Source of the DNA: an uncultured Gemmatimonadales bacterium
Lineage (GTDB): Bacteria; Gemmatimonadota; Gemmatimonadetes; Gemmatimonadales; GWC2-71-9
DNA length: 64,000 bases
Reading direction: 5' to 3'
NCBI GenBank assembly: GCA_963779755.1
Contig: CAVZZO010000001.1
Span: 1,340,845-1,404,844, forward strand
The notes under the pieces are model-generated. The model was given only the letters and a program-made list of their open reading frames with translations. It was not told the DNA's origin and did not search any database. A program made the position numbers and the translations under genes. The stretch's first letter is position 1, and each line of letters begins with the position of its first letter. Shown here one piece after another: positions 43,088-52,423 of the stretch.

Positions 43088-44476
43088 ATGTTCGAGGAGC
43101 TTTCGTCCAAACTGACCTCCACCCTGGCCCGCTTCACGGGCCGGGGTGTTCTGACCGAAGAGGCAGTCCGGGAGGGCCTGCGGGAGATCCGCCGGATCCT
43201 GCTCGAGGCGGACGTCAGCTTCGACCTCACGAGGGAATTCCTCGAACATGTGCAGGCCAAAGCGGTTGGGGCGGACGTGCTCAAGAGCGTCCGGCCCGGC
43301 CAGCAGCTGGTCAAGGTCGTCTACGACGAGCTGGTGGCCATGCTGGGCGAGACGCGCGCCCCGCTGGCCGTCGCCTCGGTGCCGCCCACCCTCATCCTGG
43401 TGGTGGGGCTCCAGGGCTCGGGCAAGACGACCACCGTGGCCAAGCTGGCCCGGCGGCTCAAGCAGGAGCAGAAGGCGCCCTTCGTGGTGGCGGCCGACGT
43501 CTACCGTCCCGCCGCCGAAGAGCAGCTGAAGCAGCTGGCGAAGCAGGTGGAGGTCGGTGCCTTCGGCATGACGGATTGGGTGGGGCAGGGTGGACCTGCC
43601 GTCCTGCCGTCTTCCCGTCCTGCGGCGGGGTCGGTGGATGTGGTGGGGCTCGTCCGCTCGGGCATGGAGGCCGCGGGCAAGGCCCGGGCCCGGACGGTCA
43701 TCGTGGATACCGCCGGCCGGCTGCAGATAGACGAAGAGATGATGCACGAGCTGCAGGGCCTGAAGGGCGCCCTGCGGCCGCAGGAGATCCTCCTCGTGGC
43801 CGACGGCATGACCGGCCAGGATGCGGTCCGCATCGCCCGCGGGTTCCACGAGGCGCTGGGCATCACCGGGGTGGTGCTCACCAAGATGGACGGCGACAGC
43901 CGCGGCGGCGCGGCGCTTTCCATCTATGGCGTCACCCACGCGCCCATCAAGTTCGTGGGCACCGGCGAGCGGGTGGATGCGCTGGAGCCGTTCCACCCCG
44001 AGCGGATGGCGGGGCGCATTCTCCAGCAGGGGGATATCCTCTCGCTGGTGGAGAAGGCCCAGGCCACGGTGGACGAGGCCGAGGCCGAGAAGCTGGCGAA
44101 GAAGGCGGGCAGCAAGAAGGGGCTCGATCTGGGCGACTTCCTCACCGCCATGAAGCAGCTCCAGAAGATGGGGCCGCTCAAGAACGTGCTGGGGATGCTG
44201 CCGGGGGTGAACCCGGCGATGCTCAAGTCGGCCAACGTGGACGAAAAGCGGATCCGCCACATCGAGGCGATCGTGCTCTCCATGACGCCCAAGGAACGGG
44301 CCGACCCCGACGTCCTGAACGGATCGCGCCGGCTGCGCATCGCCAAAGGCTCGGGCCGGACGGTGCAGGAGGTAAATCAGCTGCTGAATCAGTTCAAGCA
44401 GATGAAAAAGTTCATGAAGGTGGCCGGGCGTCCCGGCATGAAGCTCCCGCTGGGGGGGATGTTCCCCGGGATGTAA
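43088..44476 (+). CDS. ffh: signal recognition particle protein Ffh
   Basis: ATG at 43088 (MFEELSSKLTSTLARFTGRG). GLQGSGKTTTVAKLA, DTAGRL, TKMDGDSRGGAALS and a Met-rich M domain. It contains an extra segment of about 18 codons (see findings). Confidence 0.95.
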   Translation: MFEELSSKLTSTLARFTGRGVLTEEAVREGLREIRRILLEADVSFDLTREFLEHVQAKAVGADVLKSVRPGQQLVKVVYDELVAMLGETRAPLAVASVPPTLILVVGLQGSGKTTTVAKLARRLKQEQKAPFVVAADVYRPAAEEQLKQLAKQVEVGAFGMTDWVGQGGPAVLPSSRPAAGSVDVVGLVRSGMEAAGKARARTVIVDTAGRLQIDEEMMHELQGLKGALRPQEILLVADGMTGQDAVRIARGFHEALGITGVVLTKMDGDSRGGAALSIYGVTHAPIKFVGTGERVDALEPFHPERMAGRILQQGDILSLVEKAQATVDEAEAEKLAKKAGSKKGLDLGDFLTAMKQLQKMGPLKNVLGMLPGVNPAMLKSANVDEKRIRHIEAIVLSMTPKERADPDVLNGSRRLRIAKGSGRTVQEVNQLLNQFKQMKKFMKVAGRPGMKLPLGGMFPGM

Positions 44477-44528
44477 CCGGCAGTCTGGACCGCGGCGCCA
44501 CCGGCGCCGCCTGCGACAGGAAGAGCTA

Positions 44529-44795
44529 ATGGCAACTCGCATTCGTCTGCGCCGCGTGGGCCGCAAGGGCGTGCCCCTCTATCGGATCGTCGTCGCCGAC
44601 CGGGAAAGTCCCCGGGACGGGCGCTTCATCGAGGTCATCGGGAGCTACAACCCGAAGTCCGAGAAGGCCCCGGTGACGGTCGATCAGGACAAGGCGCGGA
44701 ACTGGCTGGCCAAGGGCGCGACCCCCACGGAAACCGTGGCATCGCTGCTCAAGAAGGCCGGCGTCTTTCAGCCGGCGGCCGCGGCCTCGGAGTGA
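44529..44795 (+). CDS. rpsP: 30S ribosomal protein S16
   Basis: MATRIRLRRVGRKGVPLYRIVVADRESPRDGRFIEVIGSYNP. Confidence 0.95.
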   Translation: MATRIRLRRVGRKGVPLYRIVVADRESPRDGRFIEVIGSYNPKSEKAPVTVDQDKARNWLAKGATPTETVASLLKKAGVFQPAAAASE

Positions 44796-45325
44796 CCGCA
44801 CCCCGCCTGCTGGTCGTGGGGCGGCTGCGCAAGCCCCACGGCCTGAAGGGCGAGATGACGGTCTTTCCGCTCACCGACGCTCCCGAAACGGCGCTGGCCG
44901 CCGGACGGACGCTGCAGCTGATGGACCTGGAAGGCGCGATGGTGGGCGAGCCGGTGGTGATCGAACGCAGCCGGAGCTACCATCGCGAGTGGCTGGTGAA
45001 GTTCCGCGGGCACGACGACCGCGAAAGTCTCGAAGCCCTGCGCGAGCGGTTTCTCGCCGCGCCGGCCGACCAACTGGCGCCGCTGCAGCAGGACGAGGTC
45101 TACCTGCATGAGCTGGCCGGCTTCGCGGTCCGTTCCGAGGACGACGCCCCGCTGGGGGTCGTGAGCGATGTCTACGACGTCCCCTCGGGGCTCATGATCG
45201 AGGTGCAGGGGCCGAAGCGCGAGTTTCTTCTGCCCTACCGGCGCGAGTTCATTCGCGCGGTCGATCGCGATGCCCGGCGTCTGGTGGTGGCGCTCCCCGA
45301 AGGGCTGCTGGACCTCGAGAGCTGA
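44792..45325 (+). CDS. rimM: 16S rRNA processing protein RimM
   Basis: ..VVGRLRKPHGLKGEMTVFPLTD.. then a PRC barrel ..EVYLHELAGFAV.... GTGA overlap with rpsP. Confidence 0.9.
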   Translation: MTAPRLLVVGRLRKPHGLKGEMTVFPLTDAPETALAAGRTLQLMDLEGAMVGEPVVIERSRSYHREWLVKFRGHDDRESLEALRERFLAAPADQLAPLQQDEVYLHELAGFAVRSEDDAPLGVVSDVYDVPSGLMIEVQGPKREFLLPYRREFIRAVDRDARRLVVALPEGLLDLES

Positions 45326-45339
45326 CCCCGGGAGCGGGC

Positions 45340-46026
45340 ATGCTGGCGATCAACGTGGTCACGCTCTTCCCGGAGGTCTTCGAGCCCTGGCTCCGGACCA
45401 GCATCCCCGGGCGGGCGGCCGAGGCGGGGCTGGTGCGCTACCGGCTGGTGCAATTGCGGAGCTTCACGCACGACCGGCACCAGACGGTGGACGACTACCC
45501 CTACGGCGGCGGGGCCGGCATGGTGCTGAAGCCGCAGCCGTTCTTCGAGGCGGTGGAGTCGCTGAAGCCCGCGGGGCCCGTGGTCCTGATGTCGGCACGG
45601 GGGAAGCCCTTCGGGCATGCCGATGCAGTACGGTATGCGGTGGCGCCGGAGTTGACGCTGCTCTGCGGCCACTACAAGGATGTGGACCAGCGGGTGGCCG
45701 ACTTCCTGGCCACGGAGGAGCGGTCGGTGGGCGATGCGGTCCTTTCCGGGGGCGAGCCCGCGGCGCTCTGTGTACTGGATGCCGTGGTGCGGCTGCTGCC
45801 GGGCGCCCTGGGCGACCACGAAAGCGCCAGCGGCGACTCGCATTACGACGGGCTGCTGAGCCCGCCCAGCTATACCCGCCCGCCGGAATACCGGGGGCAC
45901 GGCGTGCCCGAGGTGCTGCGCTCGGGCAACCACGCGGAGATCGACGCGTGGCGCCAGGCGGAGGCCCGGCGCCTCACGCGCGAGCGGCGGCCCGATCTGT
46001 GGCGGGCCTGGGACGAGCAGGAGTAG
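45340..46026 (+). CDS. trmD: tRNA (guanine37-N1)-methyltransferase
   Basis: ..NVVTLFPEVFEP...DDYPYGGGAGMVLKP...LLCGHYKDVDQRV...SGGEPAALCVLDAVVRLLPG.. Confidence 0.95.
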   Translation: MLAINVVTLFPEVFEPWLRTSIPGRAAEAGLVRYRLVQLRSFTHDRHQTVDDYPYGGGAGMVLKPQPFFEAVESLKPAGPVVLMSARGKPFGHADAVRYAVAPELTLLCGHYKDVDQRVADFLATEERSVGDAVLSGGEPAALCVLDAVVRLLPGALGDHESASGDSHYDGLLSPPSYTRPPEYRGHGVPEVLRSGNHAEIDAWRQAEARRLTRERRPDLWRAWDEQE

Positions 46027-46096
46027 CATTACAACACCGGCCGGCGCTCAGCGCCGGCGACATTGACGGCGCGATACCGGCGCGGAGGATACGGCT

Positions 46097-46444
46097 ATGG
46101 AGCGGTTGGCGGAGTTGAACCGGGAGAACCTGCGGGCGGACTTTCCCGCCTTCCAGCCGGGTGACACGGTGCGGGTGGCGGTTCGGGTCCGGGAAGGCGA
46201 CAAGGAACGTCTCCAGGCCTTCGAAGGTGTCTGCATCGCGCGCCGGGGCGGCGGGCTGCAGGAGTCGTTCACGGTGCGCAAGGTGTCGGCCGGCGTCGGG
46301 GTGGAGCGCATCTTCCCCCTGCACAGCCCGTCCATCGCCTCCATCGAGCTGGTGCGGCGCGGCCGGGTCCGCCGGGCCAAGCTCTACTACCTGCGGGCGG
46401 TGAGTGGCAAGGCCGCCCGGATCCGGGAGAAGCGCGAGAACTGA
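46097..46444 (+). CDS. rplS: 50S ribosomal protein L19
   Basis: ..[44 protein letters not shown]...ERIFPLHSP.. Confidence 0.95.
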   Translation: MERLAELNRENLRADFPAFQPGDTVRVAVRVREGDKERLQAFEGVCIARRGGGLQESFTVRKVSAGVGVERIFPLHSPSIASIELVRRGRVRRAKLYYLRAVSGKAARIREKREN

Positions 46445-46447
46445 GCC

Positions 46448-47116
46448 GTGCGGCGCCAGCGCCCCTCCCTCGCGCGCGAAGCCGAGGTCTGGGCGTCGGA
46501 ACGTCTGCTGGTCGGTGTGGATGAAGTCGGCCGCGGCCCCCTGGCTGGTCCAGTGGTGGCCGCGGCCGTCGTCTTTCCTCCCCACGTCACCCGCCTGTAT
46601 GGCCTGCGCGACAGCAAAGTCCTGACCGCCCGCCAGCGCGAGAAGCTGGCCGGCCGCATTCGCCAGCGGGCCCTGGCGCTGGCCGTGGGCGCCGCGTCCT
46701 GCCGCGAGATCGACCGCCTCAATATCCGGGTCGCCAGCGCGCTGGCCATGCGCCGCGCGGTCCGGCGGGTGCTCGTCCTTCTGCGCCGGGCCGAGCCGCC
46801 GGCCGCGCTGGCCGATCCCGCCGCCCGCTACCAGGTCCTGATCGACGGCCTGCCGCTGCCCGAGTTGGGCCTGCCGCACGACGCCCTGGTGGACGGCGAC
46901 GCGCTCTGCGACTCCATCGCCGCCGCCGCCGTCATCGCCAAGACGGTGCGCGACCATCTCATGGCGCGCCTGGCGCAGCGCTACCCCGGCTACGGCTGGG
47001 AGTCCAACATGGGCTACGCCACCGCCGATCACTGCGCGGCGCTGGGCCGGCGCGGCCCCACCCGGCACCACCGCCTCAGCTTCGAGCCATTGAGCCAGCT
47101 CCGGCTGCCGCTGTAG
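46448..47116 (+). CDS. rnhB: ribonuclease HII
   Basis: ..VGVDEVGRGPLAGPVVAAAV...DSKVLTARQRE...YPGYGWESNMGYAT..H.. Confidence 0.9.
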   Translation: MRRQRPSLAREAEVWASERLLVGVDEVGRGPLAGPVVAAAVVFPPHVTRLYGLRDSKVLTARQREKLAGRIRQRALALAVGAASCREIDRLNIRVASALAMRRAVRRVLVLLRRAEPPAALADPAARYQVLIDGLPLPELGLPHDALVDGDALCDSIAAAAVIAKTVRDHLMARLAQRYPGYGWESNMGYATADHCAALGRRGPTRHHRLSFEPLSQLRLPL

Positions 47117-47250
47117 AAGAACCGCGACACGGAGGCACGGAGGCACGGAGCAAGCGAGCTACTACGGCGGCGGCGCCTACGGGGTTATGTATTTAGAACT
47201 TATGTTCCTCCGTGTCTCCGTGTCTCCGTGTCTCCGTGTCACAGTTCTTC
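47116..47250. repeat. long-loop inverted repeat: arms GAAGAAC(CGC/TGT)GACACGGAG(G/A)CACGGAG.. of CACGGAG octamer units (3 units on the left, 4 on the right) around a ~57-nt lower-GC loop
   Basis: 47116-47150 against the reverse complement of 47208-47250, read directly. The right arm ends just before the pepN RBS (caggaga). Confidence 0.85.
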
Positions 47251-47263
47251 CAGGAGATCAGCT

Positions 47264-49714
47264 ATGAGACGTTTTCTCGTTATTGCTCTGATCCTCGCCC
47301 TCCCCGCCCCGCTCGCCGCCCAGTCCAATGCCGAGCGGATGGCCAACGACTGGTATACCCGCTCGCATGATTACGATCTGGTGCACCAGCGCATCCAGCT
47401 CCGCGACATCAACTGGGATTCCACCAGCTTCAAGGGCCGGGTCACCAGCACGCTCGTTGCCCTGCGGCCCGGGCTCGATTCGGTCATCCTCGACGCCGGG
47501 CACCTGCTGAGCATCCAGAGCGTCGTCACCCCGGCCGGCAGGCCGCTCAACTTCAGCACCTCGGGCGATACCCTGGTGGTGCACCTCGCCCGCCCCGCCG
47601 CGTTCCACGACACGGTCCGATTCAGTATCGCCTACGACGCCAGGATCCAGAACGGCCGCGGCCTCACCTTCATCGACGCCGACACCGGTGCCAACTGGCG
47701 GCCGCAGCAGATCTGGAGCCAGGGCGAGGACGACAACAACCACGACTGGTTCCCCACCTACGACTTCCCCAACGACAAGATGTCCTGGGAGATGATCGTG
47801 ACCCTGCCCACGCGGTTCAGTGTGGTCTCCAACGGGAAGCTGGTGAGCGACCGGCCGGCGGAGAAGGGGCAGCATACGGTGACCTGGAGCGAGACGGAGC
47901 CGAGTGCCACCTACCTGGTCTCGCTCATCGTCGCGCCCCTGGTCAAGGTGCACGATACCTGGCAGGGGAAGCCGGTGGATTACTACGTCTACGCCAGGGA
48001 CAGCACCCTGGCCTGGCGCCTCTTCCATGTGACGCCGGACATGATCCAGACCTATTCCGATCTCACCGGCATCAAGTACCCGTGGGCCAAGTATGCCCAG
48101 ACCACCGTCGCGGATTTCTTCGGCGGCATGGAGAACGTGAGCGCCACCACGCTGGTGGACTGGCTGCCCGACGCCACCGCCTACCTCGACCGGCCCTGGT
48201 ACCAGTACATCCTCATTCCCCACGAACTGGCCCACCAGTGGTTCGGCGACTACGTCACCACCGAGAACTGGGCCAACATGTGGCTCAACGAAGGCTTCGC
48301 CGAGTTCATGCCGGGGCAGTACTGGGCGAAGAAGCTGGGCCGCCATGCGGAAGAGGACTACTACCTGGACGAGTACAACTCGTTCATGCGCATCGACCAG
48401 CGCCGCCGGATGCCGCTGGCCTCGCTGGGCAGCAACAACATCTATCCCAAGGGCGCCCTGGTGCTGGAGATGCTGGAGCACTACCTGGGCCCGCAGGCGT
48501 TCTGGGCGTCCGTCAACCGGTACCTGAAGGACCACGCCTTCGACAACGCCACCAGCGACGACCTGCGCCAGGCCGTGCTGGATGCCACCGGACAGAACCT
48601 CGACTGGTGGTGGCAGCAGTGGGTCTACGATGCGGGCTATCCCGAGTTCACGGTCGGCGCGCAGTACGACAGCGCGGGCCACGCGCTGGTCCTGGATGTG
48701 AAGCAGACCCAGGTGGACACCAGCTCGGCCGACAGCACCGGGCTGCGCTATGGCACGCCCCAGGCCTTCCGCATGCCCGTCACGGTGCGGGTGGGCACCG
48801 CCGGGGGCGAGGTGACCCGGACCTTCCAGCTGGCACATCGTGAGGATACCCTGCGGGTGGAACAGGTGCAGTCACCGCCCACCATGGTGATCTTTGACGA
48901 CAACAATCAGATCCTGAAGAAGCTCACCTTCGACCAGCCCAGTGCCTGGCTGGCGCAGCAGCTGAGCCACGATCCCGATCTGTGGAACCGCTGGTGGGTG
49001 ATCGGCCAGCTGGCCGCGCGTGACAGCGATACGGTTGCCGTGAACGCCCTGGCCGACGCGGCGACCGGCGCGGATTACTACCTCACCCGGGTGCAGGCCA
49101 TCGGCGCGCTGGCCGACCTGGCGGGCGAGCGCGCCATGCCCACGCTTACCCAGGCGCTGCGCGACACCTCGGCGACGGTGCGAGGAGCTGCGGTGGAAGC
49201 CATGGGGCAGATCCCCGGGGGCCACGCCGTGGCGCTGCTCAAGCGGGTGCTGGCCGGCGATTCCAGCTACGCGGTGCGCGCCGCCGCTATCGGCGCGCTG
49301 GCGGTGGCGGACTCCGCCAATCGCCGGGAATACATCCAGCAGGGGCTCAGCACGCCGTCCTATCGCGGTGCCCTGCAGAACGCCGCGCTGGGCGTCATCG
49401 CCCGCAGCGGGGATACCAGCTACGTCGAGCCGGTGGCCCATCTCCTGGGCGACGTGCAGAACGCCGCCTTCGTGCTGGCCAGCTTCGCCAACCGGGGGAA
49501 CGCCCGGGCGCTCGACGTGCTGGTCAAGAACCTGGACAGTCCGCGTTCCACCGTCCGCAATTCCGTCCTCCAGGCCTTCCGCTTCGTGGTGCAGCCCAAG
49601 GTAGGGCTGCCCGCGCTCCAGGCCGCGGTGGACAGCCTCTCGCCCCGGGTGAAGGAGCAGGTGCAGGGGGTGCTCAAGCAGATGGAACAGCGGCAGGCGG
49701 GTAACGGGAGGTAA
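47264..49714 (+). CDS. pepN: M1 family aminopeptidase (aminopeptidase N-like) with C-terminal HEAT-like repeats
   Basis: ATG at 47264 with a signal peptide MRRFLVIALILALPAPLAAQ. GGMENVS exopeptidase motif and HELAHQWFGD..(18)..WLNEGFAEF zinc site. The C-terminal region is repetitive and helical. Confidence 0.85.
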   Translation: MRRFLVIALILALPAPLAAQSNAERMANDWYTRSHDYDLVHQRIQLRDINWDSTSFKGRVTSTLVALRPGLDSVILDAGHLLSIQSVVTPAGRPLNFSTSGDTLVVHLARPAAFHDTVRFSIAYDARIQNGRGLTFIDADTGANWRPQQIWSQGEDDNNHDWFPTYDFPNDKMSWEMIVTLPTRFSVVSNGKLVSDRPAEKGQHTVTWSETEPSATYLVSLIVAPLVKVHDTWQGKPVDYYVYARDSTLAWRLFHVTPDMIQTYSDLTGIKYPWAKYAQTTVADFFGGMENVSATTLVDWLPDATAYLDRPWYQYILIPHELAHQWFGDYVTTENWANMWLNEGFAEFMPGQYWAKKLGRHAEEDYYLDEYNSFMRIDQRRRMPLASLGSNNIYPKGALVLEMLEHYLGPQAFWASVNRYLKDHAFDNATSDDLRQAVLDATGQNLDWWWQQWVYDAGYPEFTVGAQYDSAGHALVLDVKQTQVDTSSADSTGLRYGTPQAFRMPVTVRVGTAGGEVTRTFQLAHREDTLRVEQVQSPPTMVIFDDNNQILKKLTFDQPSAWLAQQLSHDPDLWNRWWVIGQLAARDSDTVAVNALADAATGADYYLTRVQAIGALADLAGERAMPTLTQALRDTSATVRGAAVEAMGQIPGGHAVALLKRVLAGDSSYAVRAAAIGALAVADSANRREYIQQGLSTPSYRGALQNAALGVIARSGDTSYVEPVAHLLGDVQNAAFVLASFANRGNARALDVLVKNLDSPRSTVRNSVLQAFRFVVQPKVGLPALQAAVDSLSPRVKEQVQGVLKQMEQRQAGNGR

Positions 49715-49816
49715 GGCGGTAAGGCGGGAAGACGGGAAGGTGGGAAGAGGGAAAGGGGAATGGGGAACGGGCCGTTTCCCTGTTCCCCATTCCCGTTTCC
49801 CTTTAGTTTTCCCGCT
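49711..49816. repeat. purine-rich / pyrimidine-rich octamer-unit hairpin (GGTAAGGC GGTAAGGC GGGAAGAC GGGAAGGT ... against ..CTGTTCCC CATTCCCG TTTCCC..)
   Basis: The centre ggggaatggggaacgggccgtttccctgttccccattccc is a near-perfect palindrome. It starts inside the pepN stop codon region and ends 5 nt before the tRNA. Confidence 0.8.
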
Positions 49817-49820
49817 CTCC

Positions 49821-49893
<73 letters not shown>

Positions 49894-49902
49894 TTAGAGG
49901 GC

Positions 49903-49982
49903 GGCAAGACGGCAAGACGGCAAGACGGCAAGACGGCAAGACGGCAAGGCGGCAGGACGGCAAGACGGCAGGACGGCAGGTG
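49903..49982. repeat. 10-unit octamer array (GGCAAGAC x5, GGCAAGGC, GGCAGGAC, GGCAAGAC, GGCAGGAC, GGCAGGTG) directly 3' of the tRNA
   Basis: Read directly. No clear complementary arm nearby. It ends with the GGCAGGTGGA terminus shared with other arrays. Confidence 0.9.
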
Positions 49983-50158
49983 GACGAAACCAGAACGGTC
50001 CTCCGGGTGTGGGGGCCGCCTTTCCATTCTCCTACTGCCCTCCAACCCCTGTAGGTGTAAACCCTTACTTGCCGCCGCTGTCCTGGATGCTACAGTAGAT
50101 GTGTACGTTCAGCAGAACCCTGCTGCGACAGACCACCGCATAGCCCGTCTCGCTGCAC

Positions 50159-51016
50159 ATGACTGACACGCGAACCCGCCGCCGCGGCAACCGCGCAAAC
50201 CGGGATATTCCATCGCCTGTCGAGGCCGGAGATGGAGCGCAGCTGGCGCTCGACAACGCGCACCGTCACTTCGAGGCAGCCGGCATCCTGCGCGATGCTG
50301 AGCTCTACGCTTCCGCCCAGAGCCATCTGGTGCTGGCCACAGAGGAACTGGCCAAGGCAACCGCCCTGGCCACGGTCGCGGCCGGATTCCGCTGGCCGCC
50401 CGGCCACCTGGTGGAAGTCCTGTTCCATCGCGGTCCCCGGAACGCCCTGACCTTCGGCGATGTGCTGCTGGTCAGCATGCTGGGCGTGGCGCGGCGGGCG
50501 GCAGAGGTGGTGCAGGAGCGGAATGGCGTCCAGCGCTTTGTCCCTGAGCTGTGGAACGAGTTCAAGGCCGAATTCGAGCGCGAGAGCCGCGAGCTGACGG
50601 AGGGGTCGGGGGCTTCCGATCTCATGCAGAAGCTGCTGGGCTGGGTTCGGGAGGCCTCGAGCCGCAGAGACCAGGGCTTCTATGTTGACTTCACGGCGCG
50701 ATCAGGCTGGTGGGACCCGGGCAGCATCACCGCCGGGCAGCTGGCCCGGGACTACGAAATCGTAAAGGGATTGCTCGCGTTCCGCGGCCGGCAGATTACC
50801 GAAATGCTCGACCTGCAGCCCCAGCTCGATGAAACCGCCGCTACCCGGTTCACTGCCCTCCTCCAGGAGGCCAACTCTCTGGAGTTCGAGGAGATGCTGG
50901 CGCGCTTCATCTCCGTCGCCGAAGCCGATCCGGCTGCCATCTTCCTGCTCGCGCGCCACAGCTCGGACGCCGGTGACTGCGAAGGCGCGCTGCCCGAATC
51001 CCGGCAGGAGGCCTAG
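50159..51016 (+). CDS. AbiV-like (HEPN-type) abortive-infection family protein, tentative
   Basis: N-terminal pattern ..ALDNAHRHFEAAGILRDAELYASAQSHLVLATEELAKA.. and later ..RDQGFYVDF.. resemble the AbiV family as I remember it. No other motif was recognised. Confidence 0.4.
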   Translation: MTDTRTRRRGNRANRDIPSPVEAGDGAQLALDNAHRHFEAAGILRDAELYASAQSHLVLATEELAKATALATVAAGFRWPPGHLVEVLFHRGPRNALTFGDVLLVSMLGVARRAAEVVQERNGVQRFVPELWNEFKAEFERESRELTEGSGASDLMQKLLGWVREASSRRDQGFYVDFTARSGWWDPGSITAGQLARDYEIVKGLLAFRGRQITEMLDLQPQLDETAATRFTALLQEANSLEFEEMLARFISVAEADPAAIFLLARHSSDAGDCEGALPESRQEA

Positions 51017-51022
51017 GCCGGC

Positions 51023-51403
51023 CTACGGTTCCCGGAACCCCACCACGCTCCACCTCAGCCGTCCCGCCGCGGGGTCATGGGCGAACATCACCCAGCCCCG
51101 CTTGCTTCCGTGGCCGGTCAGATAGCTCAGGTGCACCAGGCCATGCTCGGCCTCTCCCTCACCCTCCAGGGTCACCCGCACCCGCAAATCCTCCGCCGTC
51201 ACGTCGCCTGCGTTCCTGACGGTGACCGGTAACGCGTAGCGCCCCGCGCGGGGCTCAGGCTGGCCCAATTCCACCTGAATCCGCGGCGGTATAGCGTCCG
51301 ACCGTGCCATTTCGTATACCAGCACCCCGGCGCAAGCCAGCACCAGCGCTCCGCCCGCAACGAGCACCAGCCATTCGAGCCAGTTCTTGCCTTGATCAGC
51401 CAT
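51023..51403 (-). CDS. small single-TM protein, TIGR02588-like partner of the upstream membrane protein
   Basis: ATG at 51403 shares one nt with the upstream stop (TGATG). N-terminal TM WLEWLVLVAGGALVLACAGVLVY, then a beta-rich domain ..YALPVTVRNAGDVTAEDLRVRVTLEG... Confidence 0.5.
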   Translation of the reverse strand: MADQGKNWLEWLVLVAGGALVLACAGVLVYEMARSDAIPPRIQVELGQPEPRAGRYALPVTVRNAGDVTAEDLRVRVTLEGEGEAEHGLVHLSYLTGHGSKRGWVMFAHDPAAGRLRWSVVGFREP

Positions 51404-52317
51404 CAGACCTGCAGCAGCAGTCGGCCCGCCGAGGAGCCGAGGGAAGCGGGAAGGCCGAGGACCACTACCTCGGCAATGGCCCGGTGCAGCGGCAGCTGCG
51501 TGAGGCGGCCGAAGAACCACAGCATGAGGGCGGAGACGAGCAGTGCCGCGGTGTACATGATCACGATACCCGCCGCCGCATCGTCGGGCCCGCTGGCCTG
51601 GCGGACCCAGCGTTGGTGCCCGTGGAAATCGGCCCAGTAGAGTACGCCCCCGCCGATAAGAATCGACAACAGCATGATGAGCAGGATCTGGCCGGGCGCC
51701 GCCTGGGTCCCCACGATGACGATCTCCTGAGTCGGGGCGACATTGGAGGCGACGAACACGGCCCCGCAGAGCGAGAGCACGAACTGACCCAGAAAGCGGG
51801 GAGTATCCTCCTCGCGGCGGCTCCCCTGATCCTGTTGCCCCTGCCGGCTGCCCAGTTGCGCTTTGCCCACCGAGACGCCGATCGCCACCATCATCGAGGC
51901 GATCACCACGATGCCGACCGCTTCCCGGATGCCGCTCGAGGCGTTGATCCGGCCCATGAGCCACAGCGCGAGTGCCGCCACCACCATGCCCAGCCCCATC
52001 TCTTCCACACTCTCGGCCATGACATCCAGCAGGGTGTGGGACCGGCGCAGGCCCGCATAGGCGTTGTAGCCCAGCAGGAGGAGGAAAGTGGCCCCCATAT
52101 AGCCCAGCAATGGGCCCGGGGCCATGGTCGCTCCCGTCTGCCACAACTCCATGGTGTAGAGCAGGGGAATGCTGAACAGCAGGCCGCCCGCCATGGCGCG
52201 GGCGTATTCACTGAGGGACTGCCGGACCGGCTTGGTCACGCCGCTGCTCCTCCCCTGGGTTCCTCTGCCTCCGGTATTCTCGCGGTGCAACGATACCGGC
52301 GCGTTGATGCCTGTCAC
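51403..52317 (-). CDS. polytopic membrane protein, TIGR02587-like (conserved two-gene pair of unknown function)
   Basis: ..SLSEYARAMAGGLLFSIPLLYTMELWQ.. followed by about 6 TM segments. The start is uncertain (GTG 52317 or GTG 52239). Confidence 0.55.
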   Translation of the reverse strand: MTGINAPVSLHRENTGGRGTQGRSSGVTKPVRQSLSEYARAMAGGLLFSIPLLYTMELWQTGATMAPGPLLGYMGATFLLLLGYNAYAGLRRSHTLLDVMAESVEEMGLGMVVAALALWLMGRINASSGIREAVGIVVIASMMVAIGVSVGKAQLGSRQGQQDQGSRREEDTPRFLGQFVLSLCGAVFVASNVAPTQEIVIVGTQAAPGQILLIMLLSILIGGGVLYWADFHGHQRWVRQASGPDDAAAGIVIMYTAALLVSALMLWFFGRLTQLPLHRAIAEVVVLGLPASLGSSAGRLLLQV

Positions 52318-52423
52318 AGAGCGGCGCCTTGCAGAGCACCACCCTGCCCGGTGCCTGGCTCAGCCGCCCACTCCCCGCCCGCTCCCCAATCGAGTAGCCT
52401 TGGAGGTCCCAACCAGGCCTCTC

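Noticed and set aside
46037-46055. Perfect 8-bp hairpin gccggcgc-tca-gcgccggc between trmD and rplS, considered as a possible L19 leader or attenuator.
   Set aside because: It is too small and generic to assign. It shows no resemblance I can verify to the known L19 leader motif, and it is probably just a processing or stability stem.
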